IMG/VR virus record: IMGVR_UViG_2974638963_000001
Span: 54,538-118,537 of that record
DNA: 64,000 nucleotides
Direction: 5' to 3' (one strand)
From: a virus
Lineage: Duplodnaviria > Caudoviricetes
Shown here piece after piece: positions 61,012 through 64,000 of the stretch; position 1 is the first letter of the stretch, and the number at the start of each line of letters is the position of its first letter. A model generated the notes under the pieces. That model saw only the letters and a list, made by a program, of their open reading frames with translations. It was not told the origin of the DNA and made no database searches. A program made the position numbers and the translations under genes.

Positions 61012-61416
61012 ATAGCACAAAAAGCTAAAACAATTTAATCTAGGTAGGGTAATATAGCCCTACTAACACAAAACGAGGGTTTAAACATGGAAAAATTAAA
61101 ACTGGCATTCCCTACTGCATTTTCTGAGCTAGTTGAATGCTTTGGGGAAAAGCAAGCTGAAATTGAGCTTGAGAAGTTAGTCGAGCGTCAAAAGATTAAC
61201 CCTAAGTTAGATTTAGAAGATAAACCGCTTCTAGCTGCTTTTGTGTGGGAAGAAACGGAACAGGGTCATGAATACTGGCGAGAGCTTCTATACTCAAAAG
61301 ATTTATTGCCACCACTGTTTTATTTTCTGTCCGACTCTAGTCATACAGACGACGAATAGCACAAAAAGCTAAAACAAATTAATCTAGGTAGGGTAATATA
61401 GCCCTACCAACACAAA
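61012..61416 (+). repeat. 61-bp direct repeat (61012-61072 and 61356-61416), each upstream of a paralogous gene
   Basis: 59/61 identical, contains a GTAGGG...CCCTAC hairpin. Confidence 0.92.
61087..61359 (+). CDS. Hypothetical protein (AFxW...QGxEYW motif)
   Basis: SD GAGG. Confidence 0.75.
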   Translation: MEKLKLAFPTAFSELVECFGEKQAEIELEKLVERQKINPKLDLEDKPLLAAFVWEETEQGHEYWRELLYSKDLLPPLFYFLSDSSHTDDE

Positions 61417-61445
61417 TAAACCAATGATTTGAGAGGTAGTAAAAA

Positions 61446-61874
61446 ATGACCATTATCCAACGTATGCCTAAATTTGTTTCTACTATGGTAGCAGTATTTG
61501 ACGGGGACGCAGACCTTGCAGCGCAGATCATTAACGAGTTAGAAGCGGCAGGGGTAGAATTCGCAGAAAAAGATTGTGTTAGCTTGGGCGCGGCTTTTGA
61601 TTGGCAGCAATCCCCGCAAGGTCGGGAGTATTGGGATATGATGGACGATAAAGCGGAGCAGGTACTAGGCGAAGATTACCGCTTGCCAGACTTTCAAGAG
61701 TGCGGTTGTCCAGCTTGTCAGATGACCGTTAAATTAGGCGGCACAATTGATGCAATCATGGTTGTAGGATCGCTGGGCTTGCTAGTAGAGGCTATTCCTG
61801 AGCCAATGATCAAAGATATGGTAACTCGTGCTAAGGAAGATCGCCTTAAAGAAAGAGCAGGGCGCACGCACTAA
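61446..61874 (+). CDS. Hypothetical protein (AFxW...QGxEYW motif, CGCPAC)
   Basis: SD GAGGT. Confidence 0.75.
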   Translation: MTIIQRMPKFVSTMVAVFDGDADLAAQIINELEAAGVEFAEKDCVSLGAAFDWQQSPQGREYWDMMDDKAEQVLGEDYRLPDFQECGCPACQMTVKLGGTIDAIMVVGSLGLLVEAIPEPMIKDMVTRAKEDRLKERAGRTH

Positions 61875-61925
61875 CACTAATAAAAGCCCCCTGAACCAAT
61901 AGGGGGCGTTTAAGGAGAAGTTATA

Positions 61926-62036
61926 ATGATTATTTTTACTTTGTGGGGCGTCATTCAGTGGGCTACTTTAGTCTATATATTGGTTACTCCGTATATTTTA
62001 GAAGCGGTTGTAACTCAACAATTAGCAGGCTTATAA
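61926..62036 (+). CDS. Single-TM microprotein (36 aa)
   Basis: MIIFTLWGVIQWATLVYILVTPY...; SD AGGAG. Confidence 0.55.
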   Translation: MIIFTLWGVIQWATLVYILVTPYILEAVVTQQLAGL

Positions 62037-62117
62037 TATTTGACTAGCTTATGCTCTTATGATACATTAAGAGCATAGACGAGTTAAATTAAACCGTAAA
62101 TAATCGAGGATATCAAA

Positions 62118-62387
62118 ATGAAATTAACTAAATTGGTGTTAGCTACTTTGGTGTTAGGCTTGGCAGGTTGCGCGACTACTGGCGAAAAACCAGCTATAAC
62201 CCCTAAAACGTGTATAGGCATCATGGAGGTTTCAACCATGAATAAAACCTACTCGGTGGACTTGAAAGCCGTCAAAACTAACAAGTATGGCGAAACGTTC
62301 TATCAGGTTAAAGGCTACAATCCATTTGTAGGCGGGGCAGGTTGGGTTCGTGAAGATGCTTTTCAGTCTGTAATGTGTGATGAATGA
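62118..62387 (+). CDS. Lipoprotein, Cor-like superinfection-exclusion candidate
   Basis: Signal peptide with lipobox LAGC; second Cys pair and GWV motif. Confidence 0.65.
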   Translation: MKLTKLVLATLVLGLAGCATTGEKPAITPKTCIGIMEVSTMNKTYSVDLKAVKTNKYGETFYQVKGYNPFVGGAGWVREDAFQSVMCDE

Positions 62388-62580
62388 GATCATCTATATT
62401 AAACGCTTTATATCCCTATACTGGCACTTTATAGGGGTAGTGGAAGCGATGCACGAAAAGGCAGTTAGTGAGAATCACCAATACGGGATTGACCTAACTA
62501 GACGTAAACTAGACCGCCTTAAAATTGATCTGCTAGGCTGGCAAGATAAGCTGATGCATGAGATAAAAAATACAAAATAG
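62377..62580 (+). CDS. Hypothetical protein
   Basis: Overlapping ORF in operon. Confidence 0.55.
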   Translation: MMNEIIYIKRFISLYWHFIGVVEAMHEKAVSENHQYGIDLTRRKLDRLKIDLLGWQDKLMHEIKNTK

Positions 62581-62584
62581 TCAT

Positions 62585-62613
62585 TGACAATATAGCCCTT
62601 TCGATGTATATTA
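62585..62613 (+). promoter_or_regulatory. Promoter
   Basis: TTGACA-17-TATATT. Confidence 0.7.
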
Positions 62614-62643
62614 TATGCATACACCAAACGAGAGGGTTACAAA

Positions 62644-62874
62644 ATGATTATTCGTATTTCTGGCATTAACATCAACAACGATTTAGATATGTTTGACGCA
62701 CTGGCAAGCGCAGGCTATGCAGGGGCACTAGATCGCCTAGATGATATAACAGCAGAGTTAGACGTGAGAGATTATGCCTTTAGACAACGGGCAGGGATCG
62801 AGGAAGCGCAAGTGATGCACCTATTGCGAGAACTTACCGAGATAGACGGGTTAAAAATATCTATTGGTAACTAA
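62644..62874 (+). CDS. Hypothetical protein
   Basis: SD GAGGG. Confidence 0.7.
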   Translation: MIIRISGININNDLDMFDALASAGYAGALDRLDDITAELDVRDYAFRQRAGIEEAQVMHLLRELTEIDGLKISIGN

Positions 62875-62884
62875 CAACCCCAAC

Positions 62885-62911
62885 AGCCTTGCAGAAATGC
62901 AGGGCTTTTTT
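62885..62911 (+). terminator. Terminator ending rightward pre-early transcription
   Basis: AGCCTTGCA-GAAA-TGCAGGGCT followed by T tract. Confidence 0.9.
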
Positions 62912-63024
62912 GTACCCCCAATAAACAAGCCCCTACCTTACTACCCCATCAACAATAAAACCTCTCACATTGGCTTACACAGAGCGTCATAATAGACAAC
63001 CGCATATTGTTCTAAGTCTATAAG

Positions 63025-63040
63025 CTGTATATCTATACAG
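63025..63040. promoter_or_regulatory. LexA (SOS) box
   Basis: CTGTATATCTATACAG, 15/16 to CTGTATATATATACAG. Confidence 0.75.
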
Positions 63041-63077
63041 GGTCAAAACTGTGGATAACTTCTGTGGATAAGTCGAT

Positions 63078-63092
63078 CTGAATCGTTTCAGC
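63078..63092. promoter_or_regulatory. Cra (FruR) operator-like site
   Basis: CTGAATCGTTTCAGC vs GCTGAAWCGNTTCA. Confidence 0.65.
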
Positions 63093-63100
63093 AAGCCCCC

Positions 63101-63117
63101 AACTGGTCAGACCTGTG
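63101..63117. promoter_or_regulatory. FadR operator-like site
   Basis: AACTGGTCAGACCTGTG vs AACTGGTCNGACCAGTT (2 mismatches). Confidence 0.65.
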
Positions 63118-63131
63118 GGTAACTTCTAAAC

Positions 63132-63156
63132 GCAAGTGAGAAGCATTCGCATTCAT
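63132..63156. promoter_or_regulatory. Fur box-like site
   Basis: GCAAGTGAGAAGCATTCGC (12/19) plus an overlapping hexamer-shifted copy. Confidence 0.5.
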
Positions 63157-63158
63157 TT

Positions 63159-63230
63159 AGCCGTCTAAACGTCTGGACGTCTAAACGTCTAGATGGCTGG
63201 ACGTCTAGATGGCTGGACGTCTAGACGTCC
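63159..63230. repeat. Nine tandem 8-bp Met boxes (MetJ operator array)
   Basis: AGCCGTCT AAACGTCT GGACGTCT AAACGTCT AGATGGCT GGACGTCT AGATGGCT GGACGTCT AGACGTCC vs AGACGTCT. Confidence 0.8.
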
Positions 63231-63357
63231 CTCTGCGCTTATGTGCGTAATCGGGATCGCTTTTTCAAAACGTTACATGCGAGCTAGGCTACATGTGAAT
63301 TTCTGAAAATGCAAATTCCAAAATTCTCGAAAAAATTTTTCCATTCGTAAAATATTC

Positions 63358-63855
63358 TCTCCTGCTCCCTGGCTATCTAAAATAAACTCAAAAATAAAAC
63401 CAACCACCAGCAATTCTCCAACCTTAAAAAATAAAACGTCTTCAGAAGATTCAACGAGTCTCTTTTATGGGACTCGATTTTATTTTTGTCTTTGAGTAAT
63501 GCTATCACCTTAGTTTACAAATCAGTTTTGAGAAGCTGTTTTATTTTTGGTGCTTAAAGTTTGCTGGTGGATTTGCCGGGGAGCAGGGGAGGAGAAAACC
63601 AAAAGATCTACTTGACAACCAGTTTTGCAGAAACCAAATAACGAACCTTGCACACTAGGATTTTATAAACTAGGAATAAATATGCTCTCACGAAATAGGC
63701 GTGAGCAATTCTCCAGTCCCCCGGCTGACTTGTTTTACTGGAATGTCTTCTAGGATGCAAAATATTTAGTGGGATTATTTCTTAGCGTGGATGATCTTGA
63801 GGAAGTCTTGAGAGGATGTGGGTAGATATTAGAGGATGTGCCGGGGAACAGGAGA
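63358..63855. repeat. Long imperfect inverted repeats, injection-stop-signal-like region
   Basis: 63358-63373/63575-63590, 63404-63413/63561-63570, 63710-63725/63840-63855; no ORFs; position after pre-early genes as in T5 iss. Confidence 0.7.
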
Positions 63856-64000
63856 GGAAATCTTAAGGGGCCCAGGAAAATCGTTGTTTGTAGAAAAACG
63901 CACTTAAAACAACCCCCCTGGTAACTAACCGCCTTATATCGAAAAATTATGACCTTAAAGGTGGGTAAAGGGCTTGAAAAATAAAAAATTCATGAGGCCC

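Larger units (their letters stand above)
63050..63122 (-). promoter_or_regulatory. DnaA boxes (63050-63058 and 63063-63071 perfect; 63114-63122 one mismatch)
   Basis: TGTGGATAA is the reverse complement of TTATCCACA. Confidence 0.85.

Noticed and set aside
62997-63012. NrdR box (CAACCGCATATTGTTC); also possible ArgR (63142-63155) and LacI-family sites (63245-63280)
   Set aside because: Matches too degenerate to call by eye; worth including in a PWM scan of the cassette.

Overview
This window is about 64 kb of a T5-like lytic siphophage genome (Demerecviridae), assigned from gene content and T5 synteny. An enterobacterial host is inferred, possibly Proteus or Providencia, with low certainty. 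Left to right on the + strand: the 3' end of nrdD; the early replication block (origin-binding PrimPol-helicase, D2, D3, split NAD-dependent ligase, D5, D6 helicase, primase, intron-split family A DNA polymerase, D10-D15, dUTPase). Then, on the - strand, the full late morphogenesis block from the L-shaped tail fibre to the receptor-binding protein pb5. Last comes the first-step-transfer (FST) terminal-repeat region (dmp, A1, A2, small pre-early genes), ending in a non-coding injection-stop-like region. The most notable unannotated signals are: (1) a ~210-bp non-coding cassette in the first-injected DNA built from consecutive host transcription-factor operators (LexA, DnaA x3, Cra, FadR, Fur, nine tandem MetJ boxes), a candidate multi-regulon decoy or ejection-control device; (2) a ~550-nt highly structured, promoter-driven non-coding RNA directly upstream of the PrimPol-helicase gene; (3) pre-early transcription units with an rRNA-operon-like layout, a consensus boxA plus 23-24-bp inverted repeats enclosing the ORF; (4) a group I intron in polA carrying a LAGLIDADG endonuclease; (5) a probable +1 frameshift (UCU UUU CGU) in the tail chaperone; (6) arrays of unannotated single-TM microproteins. 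All homology calls come from motif and synteny recognition by eye; no database searches were run.
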